From positions 372,001 through 436,000 of the forward strand of contig LSRY02000055.1 in NCBI GenBank assembly GCA_001643675.2: 64,000 nt of DNA, in the 5' to 3' direction. A program made the position numbers and the translations under genes. The DNA is from Monocercomonoides exilis PA203 (lineage: Eukaryota; Protista; Preaxostyla). Positions 36,600-50,060 of the stretch are shown in pieces. The notes below the pieces were generated by a model. That model did no database searches. It was not told the origin of the DNA and was given only the letters and a program-made list of their open reading frames with translations. Numbering within the stretch: position 1 is the stretch's first letter; every line of letters begins with the position of its first letter.

Positions 36600-38483
36600 G
36601 TGCATAAAAGCATTGGGATATTGAGGAACATCACATTAAAAGCATGGGGAAGAGGCAGAAAAGAGGAATTCAAGCTTGCTTGGATATTTTTCAATATTGC
36701 ACAGAGAAGCAATACAGGCTTATGGCAAATAAGTGAAGGGAAAGGAAGAATTTCTGTGAGTGAGTCAAGCCCCGTTCCTGTCATCCCCTTCCATTCCCCT
36801 TATGTCCCTCTCCAGACTCACTTTTTCAACATCTCAACAGCAAATGATGCATGCTCACCTTCAGCAACTTCGTCAACCCAAACCACATGTTTTATTAACA
36901 GTTGCTCATTTTCATCAGTGTGTGATGCATATAATGGCGGGATTGTTCCTTCTCTGAACAACCCCTTGGCCTCCTTGACAGCCTCAAACACCTCATTCAT
37001 TGGGTGTTGCAGGACAAGGAATGTTGTATGTGAAGGAACATCAGACAGAAAGTTGACTCCAGGGAGACAGAATACAACAGATAACGGAGCGAATACATTT
37101 GTTTGGTGCGAATGGAACGGCTCGAAAACAACAGGAGAAAGTGATTCATGGACTGATGGAATATCGAGTGGAGGGGCAATCTGTGTGAATGGTCTATCTT
37201 CAGCCTCTGTGTCTGTTTCGCATTGTGTGTTTAATAATTGTTTTGCATACAGCCGGGGTGGGGGATAATGTGCGCAAGCATAAAAGAAGTTAAAATAGAG
37301 AACAATTCATTTAATGCTTGCACCGCGCAAAATCAGCATGGAGGAGGAATGCTCATTTATACAATTTCAACATGTGTTCGGATCAGCGGATGTGAATTCC
37401 AGGATTGCACTGCAAACAGTCGCGGAGGAGGACTTTTTCTTGAAAATTTCCAGGTTTCGGGAACAGGATGTGTTGAAGCAGAAAATGGAGAAGGGGGGAA
37501 GTGCGTGTGTGTTTGACTGCAGTTTCACTTCATGTTCGGTTACAAATTATTATGGTGGAGGCATGCGTTGTTACAATGTTCCTAATCAATTCAAAATGAG
37601 GAGCATTCAGTTTATTTCATGTTCGGCAATACAAGAAGGAGGAGGATTGTATATTTATCCATATAGACAAACATCACAAGACAATATAATTTATTGTTAT
37701 TATTTGTTCTTCCATGAATGCAAATGCTTGGCTAATACTCCACGTGGCCACGATATGATTTTTGTTGATACTCACAATGTCTATTTGAATTCTGGAATTC
37801 CGTTCAAAGAATGTTACACCACAAATACTGACAATCAGAGAGTGTGCTTTGCATACAATTATTCGAGTTCAGGATCTTGGGCATATCAGCACACGGAAAA
37901 GTGGGATTGGCTGAAGGACAAGACGATATATGTTTCAATGAATGGAAATGATGCATCTCCACTTTGTGGGGCAAATGAAACAAATCCGTGTCTGACGGTA
38001 AAGAAGGCGTTTGAGATGTGTGAGGTGCAGATTAGCTTGACAATCACGCTGATGGATGGGAATCACACAAGCGAGACAGCGACTATTGAGATTGGGGAAA
38101 AGAAGATTTCGGTCATTGGGAAAGGCAAAGATAAGAGCGCGATTGGAACAGGAGCGCTTTCATCAACAAGAGAGCTATTCAGTGTATCAACAGGCCAACT
38201 TGGTTTATTGCACATGAAGGTTGATTGTAACTCAAATTTAAGTCCTTCGCCGAATGTGGTTGTGGTATCTGATGGGAGTGAATGTGCAACAGCAGAAAAT
38301 ATTTTTTCTCTTTTTCTCTATTTTTCTTTTCTTGTATGTTTGTTTGATAATGTTAATGGGCAACTTTGCAAGGAAGCGCAACAAGTTGCAAGTGTCGAGA
38401 TATCTATGGTGATTTCTCTCTCTTTTTCTCTTTCTTGTTTAAGATATTTGCATGCATTAGAAACAATCGGAAAAGAATATTAA
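36600..38483 (+). pseudogene. Cassette E: beta-helix family copy with three homopolymer frameshifts relative to its mirror E'
   Basis: Fragment ORFs 36600-37268, 37238-37516 and 37314-38483 reconstitute E'. In the core they differ only by run length (T run ~36822, G runs ~37260 and ~37495). Homology ends at VVVVSDGS (~38280). Confidence 0.85.
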
Positions 38484-41400
38484 TGGAAAGTCTGATGAGA
38501 AAGCATTGAGTCATGTTAATGCAGAAAACAATTGAGTTTGTTTTTTTTTTTAAAAAAGAAAGAAAAAGAATGAGTGAATAAGTTCATATTATGAGTAACT
38601 TTGGAACAAATTTTGCAAAGTTTATTGGCCTGGAAGATTATTCAATGCAGCGGATATTTATTTGAAAGCTACAAACCTGGAGTTCGTCAAACACTGATGT
38701 ATGATTTGTATATTTTGAAATGATGTTACTTGCAGCTAGTAGCCTGATGATGAAAACATTGTTTTGTGTATTACACACTCTTTCTTTGTTTTTTGTTGAA
38801 CATTATTATGCGAGACTTGCTATATTGGAGGTTATTGGCAGACAAATGGAAACTATAAAAACTCGGAATTAAAAATATCGATTCTTTCCGAATTATCACA
38901 ATTCATATGCATTTGGTTTTAATGTATGTTCAAATCATTTCAGTTAAATTTCCTTTTTATTTCCTTTTCTATTTTTATTTATTTATTTATTTATTTTTTT
39001 TTTTCTATCTTTTTTCGTTCTTTCTTTTTTTTTCTCCTTTATTCAAAAATCGAAATTGTTGTTGATGTCAATAAATGCTTGTTTGTAACAGTGATTCTAT
39101 TTCATTTGAAGCACATTCAATTAAGATGTTTGTATTAAGAAGCTAATTTAAAAATATATATGAAATATAGAGTTAATAGTTCAATAATAATGAATATGGA
39201 AAGCAAATCTATCAAAAACAAGCATTAATAAATAAATAATTGTTGATGTTTTTTCTATTTATTCTTTTTTTTTCTATAATTGATATGTTGCACGAAATCA
39301 AATTTTTTTCCATATTTTCTTTTGGTTTGTTTGTCATTTCAATAATGTGTATTGAAAAAATGCTTTGATTTTTGTTTCTTGTTACAAGGCATGAAAATAG
39401 TTGACTGTTTGAATTTAATAAAATACTGAGGGTTCCGGATCTCTTTTATTCTTTTTCTCATCTTTTCCTTTCTATTCTTTTTTGTTCGATTATTTCAAAT
39501 TATTCGATATTCTCGAAAGGCATTGCTCATATTCTGACCTTTTATTAAAAAAATATCTCAAATGGGGGAAAATACGGACTTTCAAGCTTTTTTTGCTCAA
39601 GGCATTGAAAATTTGCTTCACACATAACTTTATTTCACTTTCTCAGATTTCAAAATAAATTTGATTTTCATGTACGAAAACAGGCATCGTAGAAAAAGAA
39701 ACATAAATCATTGTGTCATTTCACGAATTTCAAAAAATGGACCCATTTTTATTGTGTCTTTTGAATTCAAAATGTTAATGAAAAGGACATAATTTTTCAA
39801 TGAAAATGCCTGAAGGAGAATAATTTTCCCCATTTGAAAAAAAAAATTCAATGAATATATTCGAACCGAAATTTTTGACAGAAAAAATATGATTTCAAAA
39901 ACAATCACCCATATCGAACATTATTATAATTTTTTTAACAAACACAATTATCTGTGAATAAAATTTTTTTTCCATATTCATCTTTTAATCACAGAGCCTA
40001 ATTATTGAGTGTAATTGTTCATGAAAATTTGCAAATAATGATAATTATGTTAATATTCAATTTTAATCGTCTCAATCATATTTGTATCCAATGTTTCTAA
40101 TTTGCATTTATTTCAATTTGATTTTCTTTTCAATTCAAAACCATCAGAAAACAATTGGCTCCCAGTTGAAAAAGTTTTTGTCATATTTTTATTACAATTT
40201 TAATAACAGATTCAAATAAAGAAATAAAATTACATGAAGTCATCTGAAAAAACTCACACTAATATTTGGTTCTGTGATTAAAAGATGAATATGGAAAAAA
40301 AATTTTATTCACAGATAATTGTGTTTGTTAAAAAAATTATAATAATGTTCGATATGGGTGATTGTTTTTGAAATCATATTTTTTCTGTCAAAAATTTCGG
40401 TTCGAATATATTCATTGAATTTTTTTTTTCAAATGGGGAAAATTATTCTCCTTCAGGCATTTTCATTGAAAAATTATGTCCTTTTCATTAACATTTTGAA
40501 TTCAAAAGACACAATAAAAATGGGTCCATTTTTTGAAATTCGTGAAATGACACAATGATTTATGTTTCTTTTTCTACGATGCCTGTTTTCGTACATGAAA
40601 ATCAAATTTATTTTGAAATCTGAGAAAGTGAAATAAAGTTATGTGTGAAGCAAATTTTCAATGCCTTGAGCAAAAAAAGCTTGAAAGTCCGTATTTTCCC
40701 CCATTTGAGATATTTTTTTAATAAAAGGTCAGAATATGAGCAATGCCTTTCGAGAATATCGAATAATTTGAAATAATCGAACAAAAAAGAATAGAAAGGA
40801 AAAGATGAGAAAAAGAATAAAAGAGATCCGGAACCCTCAGTATTTTATTAAATTCAAACAGTCAACTATTTTCATGCCTTGTAACAAGAAACAAAAATCA
40901 AAGCATTTTTTCAATACACATTATTGAAATGACAAACAAACCAAAAGAAAATATGGAAAAAAATTTGATTTCGTGCAACATATCAATTATAGAAAAAAAA
41001 AGAATAAATAGAAAAAACATCAACAATTATTTATTTATTAATGCTTGTTTTTGATAGATTTGCTTTCCATATTCATTATTATTGAACTATTAACTCTATA
41101 TTTCATATATATTTTTAAATTAGCTTCTTAATACAAACATCTTAATTGAATGTGCTTCAAATGAAATAGAATCACTGTTACAAACAAGCATTTATTGACA
41201 TCAACAACAATTTCGATTTTTGAATAAAGGAGAAAAAAAAAGAAAGAACGAAAAAAGATAGAAAAAAAAAATAAATAAATAAATAAATAAAAATAGAAAA
41301 GGAAATAAAAAGGAAATTTAACTGAAATGATTTGAACATACATTAAAACCAAATGCATATGAATTGTGATAATTCGGAAAGAATCGATATTTTTAATTCC

Positions 41401-41821
41401 GAGTTTTTATAGTTTCCATTTGTCTGCCAATAACCTCCAATATAGCAAGTCTCGCATAATAATGTTCAACAAAAAACAAAGAAAGAGTGTGTAATACACA
41501 AAACAATGTTTTCATCATCAGGCTACTAGCTGCAAGTAACATCATTTCAAAATATACAAATCATACATCAGTGTTTGACGAACTCCAGGTTTGTAGCTTT
41601 CAAATAAATATCCGCTGCATTGAATAATCTTCCAGGCCAATAAACTTTGCAAAATTTGTTCCAAAGTTACTCATAATATGAACTTATTCACTCATTCTTT
41701 TTCTTTCTTTTTTAAAAAAAAAACAAACTCAATTGTTTTCTGCATTAACATGACTCAATGCTTTCTCATCAGACTTTCCATTAATATTCTTTTCCGATTG
41801 TTTCTAATGCATGCAAATATC

Positions 41822-43504
41822 TTAAACAAGAAAGAGAAAAAGAGAGAAAATCACCATAGATATCTCGACACTTGCAACTTGTTGCGCTTCCTTGCAAAGT
41901 TGCCCATTAACATTATCAAACAAACATACAAGAAAAGAAAAATAGAGAAAAAGAGAAAAAATATTTTCTGCTGTTGCACATTCACTCCCATCAGATACCA
42001 CAACCACATTCGGCGAAGGACTTAAATTTGAGTTACAATCAACCTTCATGTGCAATAAACCAAGTTGGCCTGTTGATACACTGAATAGCTCTCTTGTTGA
42101 TGAAAGCGCTCCTGTTCCAATCGCGCTCTTATCTTTGCCTTTCCCAATGACCGAAATCTTCTTTTCCCCAATCTCAATAGTCGCTGTCTCGCTTGTGTGA
42201 TTCCCATCCATCAGCGTGATTGTCAAGCTAATCTGCACCTCACACATCTCAAACGCCTTCTTTACCGTCAGACACGGATTTGTTTCATTTGCCCCACAAA
42301 GTGGAGATGCATCATTTCCATTCATTGAAACATATATCGTCTTGTCCTTCAGCCAATCCCACTTTTCCGTGTGCTGATATGCCCAAGATCCTGAACTCGA
42401 ATAATTGTATGCAAAGCACACTCTCTGATTGTCAGTATTTGTGGTGTAACATTCTTTGAACGGAATTCCAGAATTCAAATAGACATTGTGAGTATCAACA
42501 AAAATCATATCGTGGCCACGTGGAGTATTAGCCAAGCATTTGCATTCATGGAAGAACAAATAATAACAATAAATTATATTGTCTTGTGATGTTTGTCTAT
42601 ATGGATAAATATACAATCCTCCTCCTTCTTGTATTGCCGAACATGAAATAAACTGAATGCTCCTCATTTTGAATTGATTAGGAACATTGTAACAACGCAT
42701 GCCTCCACCATAATAATTTGTAACCGAACATGAAGTGAAACTGCAGTCAAACACACACGCACTTCCCCCTTCTCCATTTTCTGCTTCAACACATCCTGTT
42801 CCCGAAACCTGGAAATTTTCAAGAAAAAGTCCTCCTCCGCGACTGTTTGCAGTGCAATCCTGGAATTCACATCCGCTGATCCGAACACATGTTGAAATTG
42901 TATAAATGAGCATTCCTCCTCCATGCTGATTTTGCGCGGTGCAAGCATTAAATGAATTGTTCTCTATTTTAACTTCTTTTATGCTTGCGCACATTATCCC
43001 CCCACCCCGGCTGTATGCAAAACAATTATTAAACACACAATGCGAAACAGACACAGAGGCTGAAGATAGACCATTCACACAGATTGCCCCTCCACTCGAT
43101 ATTCCATCAGTCCATGAATCACTTTCTCCTGTTGTTTTCGAGCCGTTCCATTCGCACCAAACAAATGTATTCGCTCCGTTATCTGTTGTATTCTGTCTCC
43201 CTGGAGTCAACTTTCTGTCTGATGTTCCTTCACATACAACATTCCTTGTCCTGCAACACCCAATGAATGAGGTGTTTGAGGCTGTCAAGGAGGCCAAGGG
43301 GTTGTTCAGAGAAGGAACAATCCCGCCATTATATGCATCACACACTGATGAAAATGAGCAACTGTTAATAAAACATGTGGTTTGGGTTGACGAAGTTGCT
43401 GAAGGTGAGCATGCATCATTTGCTGTTGAGATGTTGAAAAAAGTGAGTCTGGAGAGGGACATAAGGGGAATGGAAGGGGATGACAGGAACGGGGCTTGAC
43501 TCAC
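41822..43504 (-). pseudogene. Cassette E': intact-core mirror of E
   Basis: 560-aa stop-free frame with a non-ATG start. The upstream SIGILRNITLKAW...GKGRISVSES segment is in another frame. Confidence 0.85.
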
Positions 43505-45899
43505 TCACAGAAATTCTTCCTTTCCCTTCACTTATTTGCCATAAGCCTGTATTGCTTCTCTGTGCAATATTGAAAAATATCCAAGCAAGCTTGAATTCCT
43601 CTTTTCTGCCTCTTCCCCATGCTTTTAATGTGATGTTCCTCAATATCCCAATGCTTTTATGCACTTTCCCGATTCTTTTGCTGCGTATAAAGAACTCCTT
43701 CTAAAAAGTCCACGTGCACCTTTTCGACAAAACTTTTGCTTTTGTAAGATATCATGAAGCTGTTCCCCGATGTTCTTCTCAAGCTCCAAGAATTGTTGAA
43801 CTCGCTTTTTTGTTCAAACGCAACATTTCTGCATCACTTTCAAAAATCTTTCCAACTGCTCTAATGCCGCTGGCACGTTCGCAACAACAATAATAACAGA
43901 AACACCAAGAGATAATTTTTGAATAATAATAAAATATTGAAAGCAAAGCAAACCTTCTTCCCTTTCTTCGAATTTTAATTCTTGTCTCTTTATTTCCTTT
44001 CCTTTCCTTTTTTCTTCCAGCAAAACAGGAAATGCAAACAGCGTCTCCTGTTGTTCTACACGCTTGCACCTCGCTCATTCCTCAATAAGCCTCCAATCTG
44101 CAATTCCCAATTCCCAATCTCAAAGTCCCCTTCTTCCCCTTCCGCCTAATAATCACACTTTCTGCCCCATCCACAAAAAGATACACACTCAGCGAGAAAA
44201 CACCAATCGCCTATCTGCATCACACTTCTTTCAATGCTGACTGCTCAAACTGCAAAGGAAACAACCTCGGCGGCATTACGCTTGGATGCCTGCCATCCTT
44301 CCCTCCTCGCAACTTTTGTAGAGGCCAACATTCACGTTTCTCATCGTTTTCCTAACAATAACAACTATAATAATAAAGAAGAAGAGGAAGTGGAGAAAGA
44401 AGAGGAAGAAGAGGAAGAAGAGGAAGAAGAGGAAGAAGAGGAAGAAGAGGAAGAAGAGGAAGAAGAAACAGGGAGCTGATATCATAGAATGTCATGAAAT
44501 CGATAAGAATAAAGAATATTCATTTGTCAGATATGCAAATATAAAACAGAGGCGATCGAAGTTGATTTTAAAAAAAAATGGAGAAGAAGAATGAGGAAAA
44601 GAAACGCGGAAGTTGAATTGAAAAATAGAAAAATCAAAATATATTTAAATAATAAATAAATATTGAATATAGTTATATGATAAAAAACATATTCCAAAAC
44701 TAATTTCAAAACAAAGAAATAATTCAGACAAAGCAGAATGACACACCATCCACCCTCTGTGCATCCCTTCCGCTTCTGCATCGCTTCAACCCATTCGACC
44801 AAATCCTACAGGCCCGTCCCAAGTGCCATTCCTATCCATTCACTTTCATTCAATCTTCTTCTTTTTCTTTTTACTCTCTTCTTCTTCTTCTTCTTCTTCC
44901 TCCTCCTCCTCTTCTTCTTCTTCTCTCCGTCCTGCCCTGTCCCTTCCTCTCCGCCTTCTTGCTCCTTCCTTCAACAAATGATCAAGCAAAGAAAATAAAT
45001 GTTTTTTTGCGTCGCTTTTTCCATCCTTCAAAATCTTGAAATAAAAAAAAAAATAAAGAAGATAGAAGATAATCTCAATCGAAAAAATAAAAAAAAATTA
45101 GCGTTTGCAGACTTTGGGTGCTTGTGGCTTGAATGACCACACTTTGTGCTTTTGGGCATTCGCCAAGCTCGCTTCACAGAAGAAAAAGGGGAAGAAGAAA
45201 TAGACGACAACGATCGGCAGATTGAAGCAGACGAAAAGGGGATGCAGAGGAAGGAAGGGATGCTCATCTTTCTGTGCTTGAAGGACGTCGCTCTTCGGCC
45301 TGCGTGATTGGAAGGCATCAAATGCCAACGAGATCGCGGATGAGGAAGATAAACCCTGATGAAAACGAAGAGAATGAGTTGGCTGTGCTTCAACAGCGAA
45401 GAGGAAGATGGATGGAAATGTTGCCATTCATTCATCGATGCTCTTGATGCAGATGACAATGCTTCTGAAATGCATTCTCTGATGCACAATGCACAAAATT
45501 CAATGGACCATGTACAAACATAGAAGCTGAGCGAAACAACAGCTTTGTTGAAAAACAAATGAAGAAAACAAAACCCATCGAATTCTCTTTCATCGGCTGT
45601 GGTATCGAAGAAAGCAAACTTCGAATGATAATCACATTGCTCACTCAAAATGGCTGTCCCTTCGAAGAATGAAATCCAAAAGCGGTTGGCCTGAATGTTG
45701 TTCAACTGCCAACAAATATTCGATAATTGGATGTCTCGTAGTTGGCGTTTCTCCACTCTTTTGAAGCAAAAGCGGAATCAGAAATAGAATTTCGCAGCCT
45801 TCCATGTCTACCCAGCACAGTCCGAAAAACAGGAAAACCTTATAAATAAAACTGATATTTTGGGGCTCTCCTTTTTTTTCGTTGAATTCTTGCCTTTTT

Positions 45900-48090
45900 T
45901 ATGTAATAAATTTCCTTCCCTCGATATTGCCAGTTGCATTTTTTGCCCAAAAAAGCTTCTCCTTTACCTTATGTTCCAAAATTCTATATAATTTTGTGCA
46001 GATTTTATCCTCTGCAGAATTCCTTCTTTTTATCTTCATTCAATGAAACGTCAGTCGAATTTGTTTTCACCTTTTGTTCCAAATAAAAATCATGTATCTT
46101 CCGTAACTACATTTGATCCCCAATGCCTATATAATAATCTGCTCCGTTCTCATCGTATTGCTCCACAAAGCGGGGATTGGCCATTTCAACAATAATTCGG
46201 ATTCCTGCACTTTGGAAGGGATACAGACGGAAATATCTTCACAATCAATAGAACAATGAAAATTACATACATTATGTCTTTTTGTGTGATTGATGAAATT
46301 GTTGTGTTCCCCTTGGCCACCCAATTACCAACAATCATCAGGTCAGAATTTCAGAATTATTGCATCTCCACCATTGTCTGTTGTCACGCAGGAAATAATA
46401 TTTCTAGCCCTACAGGCAATGTTCACTCACGGATTTCTCATTATGTGAATGGAATATTCCGTTTTTTCAAATCTGATGATCATTGAATCCATTACAAAAA
46501 AGACTCAAACCAACAAATCATTTTGATATTTTCTTTTCTCGGCAATGGCTGAGTGAAAATGGACGTGGTTGAGAAGGGTGTGTGGAAACAAAAATTAAAC
46601 TTGTTTGGCGGATATTTTATTCATTTTCTGAATTTCATATGTTTGGCAGTGTTTGATTTATAAGCGAGATTGTTTGTGGGGAGCAGGGTTCAGCTTGTGG
46701 CTGATCAGAGAAGCGGATGCGCACATAGAGAAAATGGTGCTTGCAGCAGCTATGTTTGATGGGATGATTTTTCAGCAGTTCGTTTTTTGGAAAAGAAAGG
46801 CGAGCGTGGGAAACAATGTTTGTGAGAAGGAGCAGGAAAGGGAAGGGAATGGAGAGTGCGGGGTGGAGTGCCTGCTTGGTGGAGGAACACATTGCAAGTG
46901 GAATTTATACAGACATATTTTTTATTTTAAAGGGGGTGACAAAAGCGAGTTGGATGTTGTACTTTGGGAGCTGATGGGTGGGGATGATAAAAGAGGATTG
47001 AGGTGGGTGTGTGTTGGAAGGCACACATCGACGATAGCTAACATGAACAATATGAGAATGGAGGAGGGGATGGGGAGCAAGGAGATGGGGATGAGAGGTC
47101 GAGACAGGATGTTTGGGGATGCAGTCATGCTCATCTGGGCAGTCGAGGCAGCACAGGAAAGGGAATGTACGATTGTTTTGTGAGCCTTTCATGGTGAAAG
47201 AGGAGACATGTTTGATGATTTGTTTCATAAGAATTTATATATATTTTTTATATTAAATTTTCTGTTTATTTCTTTATTTTTTTTATTGAAGATATTGAGT
47301 GAATTGCCGAAAGATGCATGGAAAGCCATCACATGTTGTCTGAGGGATACTGAATGGGTGCAGAGTGTTTTTTTTAAGCCTTGCTTGAAGAATGAGAAGA
47401 AGAGGGGAAGAAGAGATATTTTATATTTTTTTTTTGGAATGAGGGCTGGATGGAGGAAGATGAGAAGAGAAGAATGGTGAGAGTGAGGTTGAATGGGCAA
47501 TGGAAGAGCGTGTGAAAACAACATTTAATTTTTTCTTTATTTGGAATTGGATATGAAAGGCGAAGGTGTGGTGTGGTGTGGTGCTTGGAGTGGATGATGT
47601 TGGGGTGAGAGGTATTTGGAGAGAGGCAAACAGGGGATGAGGGGAGTGAAGGGAAATGAAGATTTGTGGAGGTATTTTATTCTTGTTTGTTCATTTTCTT
47701 CATGTTCCATTTTTTATTTGTATTTGTATTTTTTTTAATTTGATTGATGTGTGATGCGATCAGGTGCTGTCAGAAGCGCTGGGGGAGCATGAAACATGGG
47801 ATGTGGAAACACAACTTTTTTCTGGGACAGTCCTGGGAAAAATTGGAAGAAAACAGCAACCGAAGAGCGTTTGGCAGAATGAGCGAAATGGAAAAAACTG
47901 AAGAGAATGGGGAAGAAATTTTTGTGGAATTTTTTTTAACAAAAATCTTTTTGGAAGCAGCAGCAAAAGAAGAGGCAGAATAAGGGATACAGCCACATAA
48001 TGATATTTTGCGACGCTTTGCCAAGATGCGTGGGGAAGGGGAGAATGAACAGGAAGAATTTTTGTGAACGAATTTCATTTCTCTTCTATT
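45900..48090 (+). repeat. Cassette-upstream module, copy 4 (upstream of F)
   Basis: Reverse complement of 32200-34370, including the 125-bp segment. Confidence 0.9.
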
Positions 48091-48139
48091 TGCCGATTTT
48101 TTCTCTTCACCTTCCATTCCCCTAATATCCCTCTCTCAT

Positions 48140-49603
48140 TTGACATTTTTCAATATCTCAACAGCAAATGATGCATGTTCACCTTCAACGACTACGTCAG
48201 TCCAAACCACATGTTTGATGAGCAGTTGCTCATTTTCATCGGTCTGTGATGTGTATGAAGGAGGGATTGTTCATTCCCTCAACAATCCCTATGCCTCTTT
48301 TACTGCCTCAAACACATCATTCATTGGGTGTTGCAGAACAAGAAACGTTAATATTAATGGAACTGCAGATGGAAAGTTGACTCCAGGGAGACAAAACACA
48401 ACAGATAATGGAGCTAATTCATTCACTTGGTGCGAATGGAATGGATCGAAGGCTAATGGAAGCAAAGATGATTATGCTGATGAAGCTTCCAATGGTGGAG
48501 CAATTCGCATGTACAATCTCAATTCTGGAGAACTAACAGTTTCTCATTGCACGTTCAACGACTGCTATGCTCATTATGGCGGAGGCGGAATCATGTGCCG
48601 TTCAATCAAGTCTATTGAATTTGTAAGCAACTCATTCAACACTTGTGCTTCTCAAAGTTATTATGGAGGAGGTATTTATGCTGTATTAATTTCAACATGT
48701 GTTCGGATCAGCGGATGTGAATTCCAGAATTGCAAAGCAGATCGAGTGGGAGGAGGGCTTTATCTTGAAAATTTTCAGGTTTCGGAAACAAACTGTATTG
48801 GAACAGAAAATGGAGGAGGGGAGAGTGCGTGTGTGTTTGACTGCTGTTTCACTTCATGCTCTGTTGCAAATACTGCTGGTGGAGGCATGCTTTGTCAAAA
48901 TGTTCCTGCCACGCAATTCAAAATGAGGAGCATTCAGTTTATTTCATGTTCAGCATTAAGAGAGGGAGGAGGATTGTTTTTCAGACCAGAAAAAACAGAA
49001 AAGCCAGTCAACGAAACTTATTGCTTCTTCTTATTTTTTCATGAATGCAGTTGCAGAGATATAAATAATCCACGCGGACATGACGTTGAGTATGTCGATA
49101 CATACAATCTGTATTTGGATTCAGGAAATCCATTTCATGAATGTTACACCACAAACACAAACGATAAAAGGATTTGCTTTGCATACAATTATGCAAATGC
49201 AGGTGCTTGGTCATATGATCAAACAATGAAAATGGATTGGCTGAAGGACAAGACAATTTATGTGTCAGTGAAAGGGAGTGATGGATATGAGCTGTGTGGG
49301 GCAAATGAATCAAATCCGTGTCTGACAGTGAAGAAGGCACTTGAGATGTGTGAGGTGCAGATTAGCTTGACAATCACATTGATGGAAGGGGATCATCAAA
49401 GCGAGGCAACAACAATTGAGATTGGGACAAAGAAGATTTCGGTCATTGGGAAAGGCAAAGATAAGAGCGCGATTGGAACAGGAGCCCTTTCATCAACTGG
49501 AGAGTTGTTCAGCGTGACGACAGGTCATCTGGGGATGAGAAAGCTAAAGATTGATAGTAACTCGCATTCAAGTCCTTGTTCACACATTCTTGAATTCTGT
49601 TAA
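48140..49603 (+). pseudogene. Cassette F: beta-helix family copy, truncated
   Basis: 487-aa stop-free frame with a non-ATG start in the middle of the family sequence (TFFNISTA). Ends at KIDSNSHSSP. Confidence 0.85.
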
Positions 49604-50015
49604 TGAGGTGTGCTTTAGAGATACTTGTGAAAAAGCAGGAAATATCTATTTGTTTTGTGTAAGCTATCTTTTCACATAGAATTGTTTTTAAAAATGTTGC
49701 GAGTACAAAGGCATTTATTGTTCATTAAAAACTGTCTTGTAATACTTTTTAATGAACAATGGAATATTTTTCTTTTTATTTTTCACATTAAAAGCAATCA
49801 TTTCAATTAATTATATGAGTACATAACATTTTTTTGAGTTTGCTCATTATTTTTGAATCGCATACGCAAAAAATAATTCAATTTCGAAACAGTAATTTAG
49901 AGTCGTATCGAACATTTTTTATAAAACATTTTTCCAGTTTTTTCAGTAATTATTAACAAGTGTTAAATAATCAGTGCTTTTTTTAAAAGAGTGCATTTTA
50001 TTATTTTTATAGGTC

Positions 50016-50017
<2 letters not shown>

Positions 50018-50059
<42 letters not shown>
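50018..50059 (+). repeat. Poly-T tract (42 nt); mirror poly-A at 51914-51951 (38 nt)
   Basis: Read directly. Confidence 0.95.

Positions 50060-50060
<1 letters not shown>

Larger units (their letters stand above)
32200..48090. repeat. Giant palindrome P4, axis ~40,133
   Basis: 39995 pairs with 40271 (275-bp spacer). Mirror ORFs sum to ~80,264-80,266 (34508/45756, 39708/40558). Arms are near-identical from ~33,950 inward. Confidence 0.95.

Noticed and set aside
36800-37510. Programmed frameshifting or phase variation at homopolymers in E (also A ~2115 and D' ~32137)
   Set aside because: All are single-base changes in homopolymer runs, and similar run-length differences occur throughout the non-coding arms. 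Long-read consensus error is the simpler explanation.
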